DNA of 60,130 nucleotides, counting the filler. It is 3 parts of 3 records of this genome, joined end to end, with 100 filler letters (N's around TTAATTAATTAA, not from the genome) between each part and the next. Parts side by side here need not be neighbours in the genome. Positions count along the whole stretch, not along the records: positions 1 to 31,021 come from SRR31156797_3271; 2 more parts are not named here. One strand, 5' to 3'. Positions 10,495-20,487 of the stretch are shown here, one piece after another. The stretch's first letter is position 1; each line of letters opens with the position of its first letter. The position numbers were made by a program, and so were the translations under genes. Below the pieces are notes generated by a model that saw nothing but the letters and a program-made list of their open reading frames with translations, searched no databases and was not told the origin of the DNA.

Positions 10495-11844
10495 ATGAGT
10501 GATTTAAAACAATGGAGCAAGTCAAGCTGGCAGCAATACGAAGCATTACAACAACCTAACTGGCCGGATAAGGAAAAATATGAGGCCGTTGTCAGCGATC
10601 TTTCCACCTTGCCTCCCCTTGTTTTTGCTGGCGAAATTCGTGACCTGAAGGCCCTGCTGGGGAAAGCCAGTGCAGGTGAGGCTTTTTTGCTGCAGGGTGG
10701 CGACTGCTCAGAGGAATTTTCACGCTGTACCTCACCAAACATCAGGGAAACCCTGAAAGTGTTGCTGCAGATGGCTGTCATTCTTACTTATGCCGGGGAT
10801 AAGCCGGTTGTAAAGGTCGGGCGCATTGCCGGGCAGTATGCCAAACCTCGTTCCAGCGATACTGAAAATGTCGACGGGGTGGAAATGCCGAGTTATCGAG
10901 GCGACATGGCTAATTCAGCGGAACCTTTCCTGGAAGCTCGGGTTCCGGATCCGGAAAGGTTGATGAAGGGGTACAACATGTCAGCCGCAACCCTGAACCT
11001 GCTGCGTGCGTTTACACGAGGTGGTTTCAGTTCGCTGCACCGTGTACAAGCCTGGAATCAGGAATTTGTCAAACAGTCTCCCATGGGGCGCTCTTACGAA
11101 CGACTGGCCAAGCAAATCAGTCATGCTCTTAAGTTTATGGAAACCATCGGCATTGCCACTGATATACCGCAGATGAAGCAGGCGCAGTTCTTTACCTCTC
11201 ATGAAGCGCTGTTTCTTGGTTATGAAGAGGCCTTGACCCGCGAAGACTCTGTTGACGGCGGATGGTATGATTGTTCCGGGCATATGCTTTGGATAGGGGA
11301 CAGAACCAGGCAGCTTGACGGTGCCCATATAGAATTTCTACGTGGCGTCAACAACCCGTTGGGCATGAAAGTCGGTCCTAATCACAATGTAGATGAAATA
11401 ATGTCCATCCTTGATCGACTCAACCCCGAGAACGAACCGGGGCGGATGACGCTTATTACCCGGTTTGGTGCACAGGAGATTGCGAAGCATCTGCCGCCAT
11501 TATTGCGGGCTATTAAGTCTGCCGGTAAAGAGGTTCTCTGGAGCTGTGACCCTATGCATGCCAACACTTTTACAGCTGAAAGCGGTCATAAGACGAGGGA
11601 TTTTGAAAATATCCTCTGTGAATTGCGCTGTTTTTTCGAAGTGCACTGGTCAGAAGGCACTGTACCCGGTGGTGTTCATTTTGAATTGACCGGTGATAAT
11701 GTCACCGAGTGTATTGGCGGTGCAAGAAAGGTGTCTGATGCGCAACTCGGCCAGCGTTATCTGACAACCTGCGATCCACGTTTGAATGCAGAGCAATCAC
11801 TTGAAATGGCATTCCAGATAGCGGAGATGATCAGAACCTCATAA
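10495..11844 (+). CDS. Class II DAHP synthase (3-deoxy-7-phosphoheptulonate synthase)
   Basis: LLQGGDCSE, GRIAGQYAKPRS, WIGDRTRQ, WSCDPMH, GGVHFE, CDPRLN motifs. Confidence 0.96.
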   Translation: MSDLKQWSKSSWQQYEALQQPNWPDKEKYEAVVSDLSTLPPLVFAGEIRDLKALLGKASAGEAFLLQGGDCSEEFSRCTSPNIRETLKVLLQMAVILTYAGDKPVVKVGRIAGQYAKPRSSDTENVDGVEMPSYRGDMANSAEPFLEARVPDPERLMKGYNMSAATLNLLRAFTRGGFSSLHRVQAWNQEFVKQSPMGRSYERLAKQISHALKFMETIGIATDIPQMKQAQFFTSHEALFLGYEEALTREDSVDGGWYDCSGHMLWIGDRTRQLDGAHIEFLRGVNNPLGMKVGPNHNVDEIMSILDRLNPENEPGRMTLITRFGAQEIAKHLPPLLRAIKSAGKEVLWSCDPMHANTFTAESGHKTRDFENILCELRCFFEVHWSEGTVPGGVHFELTGDNVTECIGGARKVSDAQLGQRYLTTCDPRLNAEQSLEMAFQIAEMIRTS

Positions 11845-11878
11845 AAAAGTCTGGATAAACATCAGTCAGTCTTATTTT

Positions 11879-11914
11879 GCCCTGCAGGTTTGTTTTATCT
11901 GCAGGGCTTTTTTT
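11879..11914 (+). terminator. Rho-independent terminator
   Basis: GCCCTGCAG / CTGCAGGGC stem followed by T7. Confidence 0.75.
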
Positions 11915-12019
11915 ATGCTGTCTGCAAAATAGGAGTATATTATACCGTCTTTGGAAATCGCAGCTCTACCCGAGGTGACGACGTGATGCCTGCTGCTTGC
12001 AGCCGGGGAAATAATTGTG

Positions 12020-12472
12020 TTATTTCTTTTTAAGAGGGGGGGTGAAGATGGTGACGATTTCCTGGGTGGAGGAGCTTTGCAGGAGTTTAATTCGATTAGT
12101 TTGCTGCTTGAGCACGGTGCTGACATGGGCAAGTGCCTGCAAGTATTCAGAGGCGATGTTGGTTGGTGAGAGGAGAAGGGCAAAGAGGTGGACCGGTCGG
12201 TTGTCGATGGCATCAAAGCTGACGCCCTGGAGACTGCGGCCAAAACAAAAAATGATCTCCTTGAGCCCTTTAACTTTCCCATGGGGAATGGCAACCCCAT
12301 TACCCACACCGGTGGAACCAATCTGCTCTCGCTCAAGCAGGATAGAGTAGAGGTTACTACTGTCCAGGTAATGGTAATTATCTACAGCCATCTGTGCCAT
12401 TTCTTTGAGCGCAGATTCCTTGCTTATGGCCTGCATGTCGAGAAGAACGCACTGTTGATTGAGCTGTAGCAT
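12020..12472 (-). CDS. ptsN: PTS IIA nitrogen-regulatory protein
   Basis: LLEREQIGSTGVGNGVAIPHGK with phospho-His, directly downstream of rpoN. Confidence 0.92.
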   Translation of the reverse strand: MLQLNQQCVLLDMQAISKESALKEMAQMAVDNYHYLDSSNLYSILLEREQIGSTGVGNGVAIPHGKVKGLKEIIFCFGRSLQGVSFDAIDNRPVHLFALLLSPTNIASEYLQALAHVSTVLKQQTNRIKLLQSSSTQEIVTIFTPPLKKK

Positions 12473-12482
12473 GAGTGTGGGA

Positions 12483-13937
12483 TTATTTTCTTGCTTTTCT
12501 GCGGTGTTTAACGGGCAGGATTTTCAGTTGGTCACGATATTTTGCCACTGTGCGGCGTGCAACCTTAATATTCTCTTCCGCAAGCATCTGTGAAATTTTG
12601 TTGTCACTGAGAGGTTTTGTCGAGTCTTCCTGTGCCACCAATTGCCTGATCCTGTTTTTTATAGCTTCAGCAGCAACCGTATCACCGTTGGCGGTAGCAA
12701 CGGCAGTGCTAAAAAAATATTTCAGTTCATATATCCCTTGGGGCGTGTGGGCGTACTTATTTGATGTTACTCGGCTAACAGTGGATTCATGCATACCGAT
12801 ATCCTCGGCTACGTCCCGGAGTATCAGCGGTTTCATGGCACTTGCACCTTTTTCAAAGAAATCTCGTTGGAATTTTAACAGACTTTCCATAACCTTGTAG
12901 ATGGTGCGCTGCCGTTGTTCAATGGAGCGTATGAACCATTCAGCGTTACGCTTATTTTCTCGTAGGTAGCCTCGAGACTCAGCTGGCAGTTGTTTTCTTT
13001 GTTTGAGCAAATCAATATATTCTTTTGAGACCTGCAGCCGGGGCAGACCATCGTCGTTGAGCTGGATGACATACTCGTCGTCGATTTTATAAATATAGAC
13101 ATCCGGAGTGACGTAATTAGTTTGTTCGTTGCTGAACTCGTTGCCCGGATAGGGCGTGAGTTCCTGGATTATAGCAACCGCATCAGTGACTTTGCGAATG
13201 GTGGCCCCGGTTTGACGCGCAAGCAGCATGTAGTTTTTTGTTTCCAGCAAACTCATGTGCTGGTTGACTATTTGATAAGGGAGTGTGTCGTAGTAGCCAA
13301 GGCGGTCAAGCTGCAGAAGGAGTGCTTCTCTAATATCTCTAGCAGCTACTCCAGGAGGGTCAAGGCTCTGTACTATGCGTAGTGCTCCTTCAGCCTCCTC
13401 TTCGCTGCATTCACAGAAGGTCAATATGTCATTGATATCTGCATCAAGGAAGCCGTGACCATCGATATTGCCAAGTATGAAATTGGTTATTTGAGTGTCC
13501 TTCTCGTTGAGCTGGAGGTGGGTCAACTGCCACAACAAAAACTGTTCGAGGCCTGGGGCGCTGGAGATAAAATCAAATTGGGAGGGAGCGTCTGCGGGCG
13601 GTGTTTCCCGAGCAAAAGAAAAGTCAGCGTCAAAGTTGTTTGCATAGTCCTCCCAGTTGGTGTCAGGAACATTCTCCGTGCCGTCACCCTTAACCTGGCT
13701 GGTGATGATGGGTTCGCTGGTGTCGACTATTTCTTCGGCAGAAAGTGATTCTGGATTGTTTTCTTTTTGCTCCTGGGGCGGGGCCTCTTCGAGCATAGGG
13801 TTCTGTTCAATTTCAGCCTGCAAGGCTTCGGTGAGCTCCAGGCGGCCAAGCTGCAACAGTTTAATGGCTTGGCGCAATTGAGGCGTCATTACCAATTTTT
13901 GTGCTAACTTAAGGCTTTGTCGAAGTTCCAATACCAT
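12483..13937 (-). CDS. rpoN: RNA polymerase sigma-54 factor
   Basis: TPQLRQAIKLLQL, HESTVSRVT and RpoN box ARRTVAKYRDQL. Confidence 0.98.
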   Translation of the reverse strand: MVLELRQSLKLAQKLVMTPQLRQAIKLLQLGRLELTEALQAEIEQNPMLEEAPPQEQKENNPESLSAEEIVDTSEPIITSQVKGDGTENVPDTNWEDYANNFDADFSFARETPPADAPSQFDFISSAPGLEQFLLWQLTHLQLNEKDTQITNFILGNIDGHGFLDADINDILTFCECSEEEAEGALRIVQSLDPPGVAARDIREALLLQLDRLGYYDTLPYQIVNQHMSLLETKNYMLLARQTGATIRKVTDAVAIIQELTPYPGNEFSNEQTNYVTPDVYIYKIDDEYVIQLNDDGLPRLQVSKEYIDLLKQRKQLPAESRGYLRENKRNAEWFIRSIEQRQRTIYKVMESLLKFQRDFFEKGASAMKPLILRDVAEDIGMHESTVSRVTSNKYAHTPQGIYELKYFFSTAVATANGDTVAAEAIKNRIRQLVAQEDSTKPLSDNKISQMLAEENIKVARRTVAKYRDQLKILPVKHRRKARK

Positions 13938-14008
13938 GTGCTCGCCGATGGGGCGTTAGAGACGCCCGGTTAAATGAAAAGTTTTACTTATAAACTTAGA
14001 ATCAGTCC

Positions 14009-14740
14009 CTACATATGAAAATTATCGCCCAGGTACATTTTACGGGCAACAACACTTTCAATAATATCCGTGGCTACTCCGCTGGTTAAAATATTGCCGC
14101 TGTTCATAATATAGGCAAAATCGCAAACCTGGAGCGTCTCTCGTACATTGTGATCGGAGATGAGTACTCCTAACCCTTTCTTTTTCAAATCCCGAATAAT
14201 TTGCTGCAAATCGGCTACAGAGAGAGGGTCAACACCGGCAAACGGTTCATCGAGCAGGATGAACCGTGGACGAGTCGCAAGGGCTCTCATGATTTCCACC
14301 CGCCGTCGTTCTCCACCTGACAGAGCGTGCCCTTTGTTGTCGGCAAGGTGTTCGATCTTCAGGTCTGTTAACAGTTCGCTGATTCGGTTGTTGATTTCAT
14401 TTTTCGGCAGGCCAAGAGGCTCCAACACTATTCGAACATTTTCCTCGACTGTCAGTTTTTTAAAGACTGATGGCTCCTGAGCCAGATAGGTAATGCCCCG
14501 TCCCGCACGTTTATGTATCGGTAAGGCGGTGATGTCCTTGCCGTCAAGGTGGATAGACCCGCTGCTGGGCCTGACAAAACCAACGATGGAGTAAAAAGTT
14601 GTTGTTTTGCCAGCACCATTAGGGCCAAGTAAGCCGACTACCGATGAGTCTTTGACCTGGAGATTGATCTGGTCAACAACGCGTCGCTGCCGATACTCCT
14701 TGACGATGTTCCTTGTTTCAAGAAGGGAGGAAGATGTCAT
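14009..14740 (-). CDS. lptB: LPS export ABC transporter ATP-binding protein
   Basis: GPNGAGKTT, LSGGERRRVEI, LLDEPFAGVDP, SDHNVRETL. Confidence 0.96.
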   Translation of the reverse strand: MTSSSLLETRNIVKEYRQRRVVDQINLQVKDSSVVGLLGPNGAGKTTTFYSIVGFVRPSSGSIHLDGKDITALPIHKRAGRGITYLAQEPSVFKKLTVEENVRIVLEPLGLPKNEINNRISELLTDLKIEHLADNKGHALSGGERRRVEIMRALATRPRFILLDEPFAGVDPLSVADLQQIIRDLKKKGLGVLISDHNVRETLQVCDFAYIMNSGNILTSGVATDIIESVVARKMYLGDNFHM

Positions 14741-15282
14741 TTTTTCTTATCAGAATCAGGGTGAAGAACTGCCTTGACCCTGCCAGGCTTGCTCTCGTCC
14801 TGTTCGACGATGGATCGTTTTTCATCAAGATAATAAGTAATGGTTTTTCCGGTAACCATGTTCTGTCCCTGCCAGGCTTTGGCATTGCCGGTAAGGATAA
14901 CTTTACGATCTTTTGCAAAGTAGTCCATGCGGTTGCCGGTTCCAAGCCAATCCTCTTGGACAACCTCTACATTTTTTTTACAGATCAATCGATGTACCTG
15001 ACTCGAGCCTTTCTTGCCAGAGGAATTTTTTTGCTGAGTGTAGTAAACCGTCATTTCGTCGGAACGAATAATAATATCTCCCTGTTTGGCATCAACATTA
15101 CCGAGGAAGACAACCGAATTAGCGTCTTCTTGGGAAATCATCCGGTCGGCTTCTATATGGATCGGTGCGTCTGATTCATCAGCTACAGCCGTCAGGCAGC
15201 TCATGAAGAGCAGAATGAAAATGGTGGGCAGCGTCAGTTTTTTGCTGAAGTGCATTAAGGTGCGTTGCATGCGTGGCCTCAA
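14737..15282 (-). CDS. lptA: LPS transport periplasmic protein (start may be 15255)
   Basis: Signal peptide, PIHIEADRM, FLGNVDAKQGD, GRVKAVL. Overlaps lptB. Confidence 0.9.
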   Translation of the reverse strand: MRPRMQRTLMHFSKKLTLPTIFILLFMSCLTAVADESDAPIHIEADRMISQEDANSVVFLGNVDAKQGDIIIRSDEMTVYYTQQKNSSGKKGSSQVHRLICKKNVEVVQEDWLGTGNRMDYFAKDRKVILTGNAKAWQGQNMVTGKTITYYLDEKRSIVEQDESKPGRVKAVLHPDSDKKK

Positions 15283-15498
15283 AATATGCGCAAAATTAAA
15301 TTTTTGATGTCATGGATTGCTTCTTGCAGGATGAACATCTTACATGGTTCCTTTGGAAATGTAAAGAATTTACAAGAGGTTCGTTTTAATCCAGTAAGAT
15401 AAGACAACTGTTTACACCCTTTGGAACGGTGGGTACAGTACACAACAAAGTAATTGGCTGCAAATATCAAGTAACTCTCTTTGGGGCAAAGGAAAAGA

Positions 15499-16383
15499 AT
15501 GCAGGAAGGAATTGTTAAAGCAAAAGTGCTGGTGGAATCTCTGCCGTATATTCGTGAGTTTTATGGGAAAACGGTCGTCATAAAATATGGGGGCCATGCC
15601 ATGGTGGATGAGGAGCTGAAACGCAACTTTGCACTTGATGTTATTTTGATGAAGTATATCGGAATTAATCCGATTGTTGTCCACGGCGGCGGTCCACAAA
15701 TTAACAGATTTCTTGAGAAAATGCAGGTTACGCCCAATTATGTCCAAGGGATGCGAGTCACCGATGGAGAAACCATGGACGTGGTGGAAATGGTTTTAGT
15801 TGGTAAAGTCAATAAAGAAATCGTCGGCCTTATAAATCATTGCGGGGGGAAAGCCGTTGGCCTTTCCGGTCGTGATGGAGACCTGGTGCAGGCGAGAAAA
15901 CTTACCCTGCATGCCAAGCCTGAAGGAGTTGATCGACCACCGGAATTGATCGATTTGGGACGGGTTGGTGAGGTAACAAAAGTTAACCCAAAGATTCTTG
16001 CAACACTGGAGCAAGAGGATTTTATTCCTGTGATTGCTCCGGTTGGCGTAGGTGATGATGGGCAGGCATTTAATATTAATGCCGACCTTGTGGCCGGTGC
16101 CATCGCAGCGGAGTTGGATGCTGTTAAGCTTGTACTGCTCACTGACGTTGAAGGCGTAAAGGATGGTCAGGGTGAGTTGATCTCCACCATTCAGCATGAC
16201 CAGATTGAAGAGTTGATTGATACCGGAGTCATCAGCGGTGGTATGATTCCTAAGGTCAATTGCTGTCAGACATCGCTTGAAAATGGTGTGGGTAAGGCTC
16301 ACATCATTGATGGCCGGCAAGAACACGCAATATTATTGGAAATTTTCACCCGTGAGGGGATTGGAACGGAGATAGTGTCATGA
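15499..16383 (+). CDS. argB: Acetylglutamate kinase
   Basis: [35 protein letters not shown]. Confidence 0.97.
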   Translation: MQEGIVKAKVLVESLPYIREFYGKTVVIKYGGHAMVDEELKRNFALDVILMKYIGINPIVVHGGGPQINRFLEKMQVTPNYVQGMRVTDGETMDVVEMVLVGKVNKEIVGLINHCGGKAVGLSGRDGDLVQARKLTLHAKPEGVDRPPELIDLGRVGEVTKVNPKILATLEQEDFIPVIAPVGVGDDGQAFNINADLVAGAIAAELDAVKLVLLTDVEGVKDGQGELISTIQHDQIEELIDTGVISGGMIPKVNCCQTSLENGVGKAHIIDGRQEHAILLEIFTREGIGTEIVS

Positions 16384-17576
16384 GTAATGCAAGTTGGGCA
16401 GAGAGGGGGAACAAAGCTTTTATAGGTACTTATAGTCGCTTTCCTGCCATGATGGTGAAGGGCAGGGGATGTAAGCTTTGGGACGTGGATGGACAAGAGT
16501 ATCTTGATTTTTTGTCCGGAATAGCAGTCTGTTCCTTGGGGCATTGTCATCCTGCAGTTACCACAGCGATTACCGAGCAGGCCCAGACGCTTGTCCATGT
16601 TTCAAACCTGTTTCATACCCAGTCACAAATAGAACTGGCAGAATTGTTGACTAACAATACCTTTGCTGACCGGGTATTCATGTCCAATTCTGGTGCAGAG
16701 GCTAATGAAGCCGCTATTAAAATCGCCAGGCTGTATAGCGGTGAAGGGAGATATGAGATAATCAGCCTCTCCGGGTCCTTTCATGGAAGAACCATGGCAA
16801 CCCTGGCAGCAACCGGTCAACCTCAACTTCATGAAGGGTTTGAGCCCCTTCCTGCAGGTTTTGTCCATGCGGAGTTTGGTGATCCTCAAAAAGTCGAGGA
16901 GTTGATCACCGATAAGACATGCGCAATATTTTGTGAGCCGCTCCAGGGGGAAAGTGGCGTTCGTCCACTAGATGAAAACTACCTGCAGGCACTGCGAACT
17001 CTGTGCGATGATCACAATCTGCTGCTCATCTTTGATGAGATCCAGACCGGTATGGGGCGGACTGGGACGCTTTTTGCTTACCAACAGGCAGGCGTGGTGC
17101 CGGATATCATGACGTCGTCCAAAGCGCTGGGTAATGGGCTGCCTCTAGGGGCAATGCTCACCACAGATGAAATTGCAGCAGCCTTCGGAGTCGGGACCCA
17201 TGGCTCAACCTTTGGCGGTAACCCTGTGGCCGCAGCCGCTGGAGTGGCTGTGATGCGGGAAATGTTGGCCGATGATTTTCTGCCGGCAGTCCAGGAGAAG
17301 AGTCAGTATTTTATAAAGAAACTGGAAGAGGTGGCGGGCCAATTTCCTGCGCTCGCAACAGGGGTTCGGGGGCAAGGGCTGCTGCTGGGGCTCATTTTAA
17401 GTGAGAACGGCAGAGAGCATGGTGCTGGTATTGTGCAGCAAATGTTTGAACGTGGGGTGGTGATTAATTTTGCTGGTAGCAAGGTGCTTCGCTTTGTGCC
17501 GCCACTGGTTGTCACGCACGAGGAAATTGATAAGGTTATAGACGAGCTTGTCATGGTTCTGGCAGAGTTGGATTGA
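16380..17576 (+). CDS. argD: Acetylornithine aminotransferase
   Basis: [39 protein letters not shown]. Confidence 0.95.
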   Translation: MSNASWAERGNKAFIGTYSRFPAMMVKGRGCKLWDVDGQEYLDFLSGIAVCSLGHCHPAVTTAITEQAQTLVHVSNLFHTQSQIELAELLTNNTFADRVFMSNSGAEANEAAIKIARLYSGEGRYEIISLSGSFHGRTMATLAATGQPQLHEGFEPLPAGFVHAEFGDPQKVEELITDKTCAIFCEPLQGESGVRPLDENYLQALRTLCDDHNLLLIFDEIQTGMGRTGTLFAYQQAGVVPDIMTSSKALGNGLPLGAMLTTDEIAAAFGVGTHGSTFGGNPVAAAAGVAVMREMLADDFLPAVQEKSQYFIKKLEEVAGQFPALATGVRGQGLLLGLILSENGREHGAGIVQQMFERGVVINFAGSKVLRFVPPLVVTHEEIDKVIDELVMVLAELD

Positions 17577-17600
17577 GTTTGTTGAAAGTATAGGTGCACG

Positions 17601-18158
17601 ATGGACTGGTTTTCACTCGTAGCCATAGCTGTTGCTCTTGCCATGGATGCCTTTGCGGTTGCTTTGGCCGCAGGGTCGATCCTGCGACCTTTAACGTTCC
17701 GTCCTTGTTTTCGGCTTTCTTTCCATTTTGGCCTGTTCCAGGGGATGATGCCTGTTGTCGGGTGGCTTGCCGGGCTGACCATCCAGGGCTTTGTTAGCAG
17801 GTGGAGCCACTGGATTGCCCTTTTGCTGCTTAGCGGCGTCGGTGGTCGCATGATTTACGAAGCTCTTCATGCTGAAGATGAAGATCGGCGAAGCACCGAC
17901 CCTAGTAAAGGGCTGACCATGGTGGCCCTTTCGGTTGCGACCAGTATAGATGCCCTGGCCGTTGGCATTACCCTGGCAATGATTGATGTGGTTGTCTGGG
18001 TTCCGGCTCTTGTCATAGGTGCTGTTGCCTGTATTTTTACAGTGATAGGATTGTTGCTGGGTTCTCGGGTCGGAGAGGTTTGGGGAAAGCGGGTAGAGGT
18101 AATTGGTGGGGCTGTACTTATCTTTATCGGACTAAAAATAGTCGCCTCCTCCCTTTGA
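17601..18158 (+). CDS. mntP: Manganese efflux pump MntP family
   Basis: ALAMDAFAVA, FGLFQGMMP, ATSIDALAVG motifs. Confidence 0.92.
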   Translation: MDWFSLVAIAVALAMDAFAVALAAGSILRPLTFRPCFRLSFHFGLFQGMMPVVGWLAGLTIQGFVSRWSHWIALLLLSGVGGRMIYEALHAEDEDRRSTDPSKGLTMVALSVATSIDALAVGITLAMIDVVVWVPALVIGAVACIFTVIGLLLGSRVGEVWGKRVEVIGGAVLIFIGLKIVASSL

Positions 18159-18306
18159 GGTCGCTATATCTGGAAAATCCCTTTGCAAAACTGCTGTTTT
18201 TTTGTATCAATTAAAGTTTTTACTTGGCGACTGGGTGGAGTTGTAAAGCAGCGTGATTTTTACAGACCCCAGTGCCGCAGCAGACCCGGAGCGAAGGGGG
18301 CAAAAA

Positions 18307-19218
18307 ATGAGCAAACATGTATTGGCATTGGAGCAGTTTAACCGACAGCAGTTGCAATCTATTATAGACAGGGCTATTGAACTCAAGACTGAACGTACAC
18401 AGGGTGCCCGTCATGAGCAGCTTGCTGGAAGGACAATCTGTCTGCTTTTTGACAAACCTTCAACCCGAACCCGAGTTTCTTTTGAAGCAGCAATGTACGG
18501 GCTGGGCGGGAATGTTATCTTTATGTCCAGTAAAGATTCCCAGCTTGGTCGCGGGGAACCTTTAAAAGACACCGCAAGGGTGCTGGCGCGATATGTCGAT
18601 GGTATCGTTGTCAGGACTTTTGGCCAGGAAATCGTTGAAGAGCTGGCTCGCTATAGCGATGTGCCGGTTATTAATGCCCTGACCGACCTGTATCACCCCT
18701 GCCAGATTCTCAGTGATGTAATGACCGTCATTGAAAAGAAAGGGGCACTGGAAAAATTAAAGGTTGTCTGGATCGGTGACGGCAATAACATGGCCAATTC
18801 ATGGATTGAGGCTGCCTCCATTTTTGGTTTTTCCCTCACCCTTGCCTGTCCGCAAGGTTTTGATCCCGATGAAAAGGTTCTGGCTCGATCAAAAGAGCGA
18901 GCATCGAAACCGATAACAGTGCTGCGTGACCCGGTTGAAGCAATTCAAGGTGCAGACGTTGTTAATGTAGATGTGTGGGCATCCATGGGCCAGGAAGATG
19001 AACAGGAAGAGCGGCTGGAGCTTTTTCAACCCTACCAGCTGAACCAGAATCTCTTGGCAAAAGCAAAAGACGACGCAGTTGTACTGCACTGCCTTCCAGC
19101 CCATCGTGGTGAAGAAATCACTGAAGATGTACTTGAGGGGTCGCAAAGTGTGGCCTTTGATCAAGCAGAGAATAAAATGCATATTCACAAAGCCCTTCTG
19201 GATCAGTTTATTGATTGA
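18307..19218 (+). CDS. argF: Ornithine carbamoyltransferase
   Basis: KPSTRTRVSF, HPCQ, WASMG, HCLPAHRG. Confidence 0.97.
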   Translation: MSKHVLALEQFNRQQLQSIIDRAIELKTERTQGARHEQLAGRTICLLFDKPSTRTRVSFEAAMYGLGGNVIFMSSKDSQLGRGEPLKDTARVLARYVDGIVVRTFGQEIVEELARYSDVPVINALTDLYHPCQILSDVMTVIEKKGALEKLKVVWIGDGNNMANSWIEAASIFGFSLTLACPQGFDPDEKVLARSKERASKPITVLRDPVEAIQGADVVNVDVWASMGQEDEQEERLELFQPYQLNQNLLAKAKDDAVVLHCLPAHRGEEITEDVLEGSQSVAFDQAENKMHIHKALLDQFID

Positions 19219-19280
19219 AAGAAGGCTGTGTGGAGTTGTGTGAATACGATAAGAGAATGAGTTAAGGTTGAAATTAAGCT

Positions 19281-20477
19281 ATGAGCGTAGATAAAATAGT
19301 GCTTGCCTATTCCGGCGGGCTGGATACATCGGTTATTTTAAAGTGGTTGAGTGAAGAGTATGGGTGCCCTGTTATTGCTTATGCTGCAGATATAGGACAG
19401 CAGGAAGACTGGGAGGCCGTACGCAGCAAAGGTATGGCAACTGGTGCAGAAAAAGTCATTATATCTGACTTGCAGGAAGAATATGTCCGCGATTTTATTT
19501 TTCCGGCATTCAGAGCTAACGCTATTTACGAAGGGTCCTATCTGTTGGGAACCTCCCTTGCCCGTCCGCTTATTAGCAAGGAGCAGGTCCGCATAGCTCA
19601 AGCAGAGGGCGCAGATGCCGTAAGCCACGGTGCTACGGGTAAAGGCAACGACCAGGTCAGATTTGAACTGAGTTATCTTGCACTTAATCCACGGTTGAAC
19701 ATCATCGCTCCATGGCGAACTTGGGATTTGAATTCCCGCAAGAAACTGGTGGCTTTTGCTCAAGAGCACAATATTCCAGTTCCGGTAACAAAAAAGAATC
19801 CCTACAGTTCCGATGAGAACCTGCTCCATATCAGTTTTGAAGGGGGAATCCTTGAAGATCCGTGGAACGAACCGGACGAAGATATGTTTAAGTTGTCGGT
19901 CTCTCCGGAAAAAGCACCAGATAAGCCCACCTACATTGAAATGGAGTTTGAACAGGGTACTCCTGTGGCCATAGACGGTGAACGCCTGGGGCCGGTAGCG
20001 CTGATGAAGCGTCTTAATACCCTGGGGGGAGAGAACGGAATTGGTCGTCTTGATCTTGTGGAAAATCGTTTTGTTGGGATGAAATCACGAGGAGTATACG
20101 AAACACCAGGCGGTAGTATTCTGCGTGTCGGGCACCGGGATCTGGAATCCATTACCATGGATAGAGAAGTTTTAAGTATCCGTGATTCTCTTGTTCCCCG
20201 CTATTCAACCCTTATTTATAATGGTTTCTGGTTCTCACCGGAAATGGAGTTGCTGCAGAAAACAATGGATGACGCCCAGGGAACTGTGAACGGAACTGTG
20301 CGTTTGAAATTGTATAAAGGTAACTGTATCCCGGTCGGTCGTAAATCAGATAATTCTCTGTATTCCGAGTCTCATGCCACATTTGAAGAAGACGAGGTAT
20401 ATAACCAGGGGGATGCCACAGGGTTTATCCGCCTTAATGCTTTGCGCCTGCAGATCCAGGCCTTGAACCGGAAGTAA
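19281..20477 (+). CDS. argG: Argininosuccinate synthase
   Basis: [40 protein letters not shown]. Confidence 0.98.
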   Translation: MSVDKIVLAYSGGLDTSVILKWLSEEYGCPVIAYAADIGQQEDWEAVRSKGMATGAEKVIISDLQEEYVRDFIFPAFRANAIYEGSYLLGTSLARPLISKEQVRIAQAEGADAVSHGATGKGNDQVRFELSYLALNPRLNIIAPWRTWDLNSRKKLVAFAQEHNIPVPVTKKNPYSSDENLLHISFEGGILEDPWNEPDEDMFKLSVSPEKAPDKPTYIEMEFEQGTPVAIDGERLGPVALMKRLNTLGGENGIGRLDLVENRFVGMKSRGVYETPGGSILRVGHRDLESITMDREVLSIRDSLVPRYSTLIYNGFWFSPEMELLQKTMDDAQGTVNGTVRLKLYKGNCIPVGRKSDNSLYSESHATFEEDEVYNQGDATGFIRLNALRLQIQALNRK

Positions 20478-20487
20478 GAGTAAGATT

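Noticed and set aside
17577-17600. yybP-ykoY riboswitch before mntP
   Set aside because: Only 24 bp of intergenic space and no matching motif.
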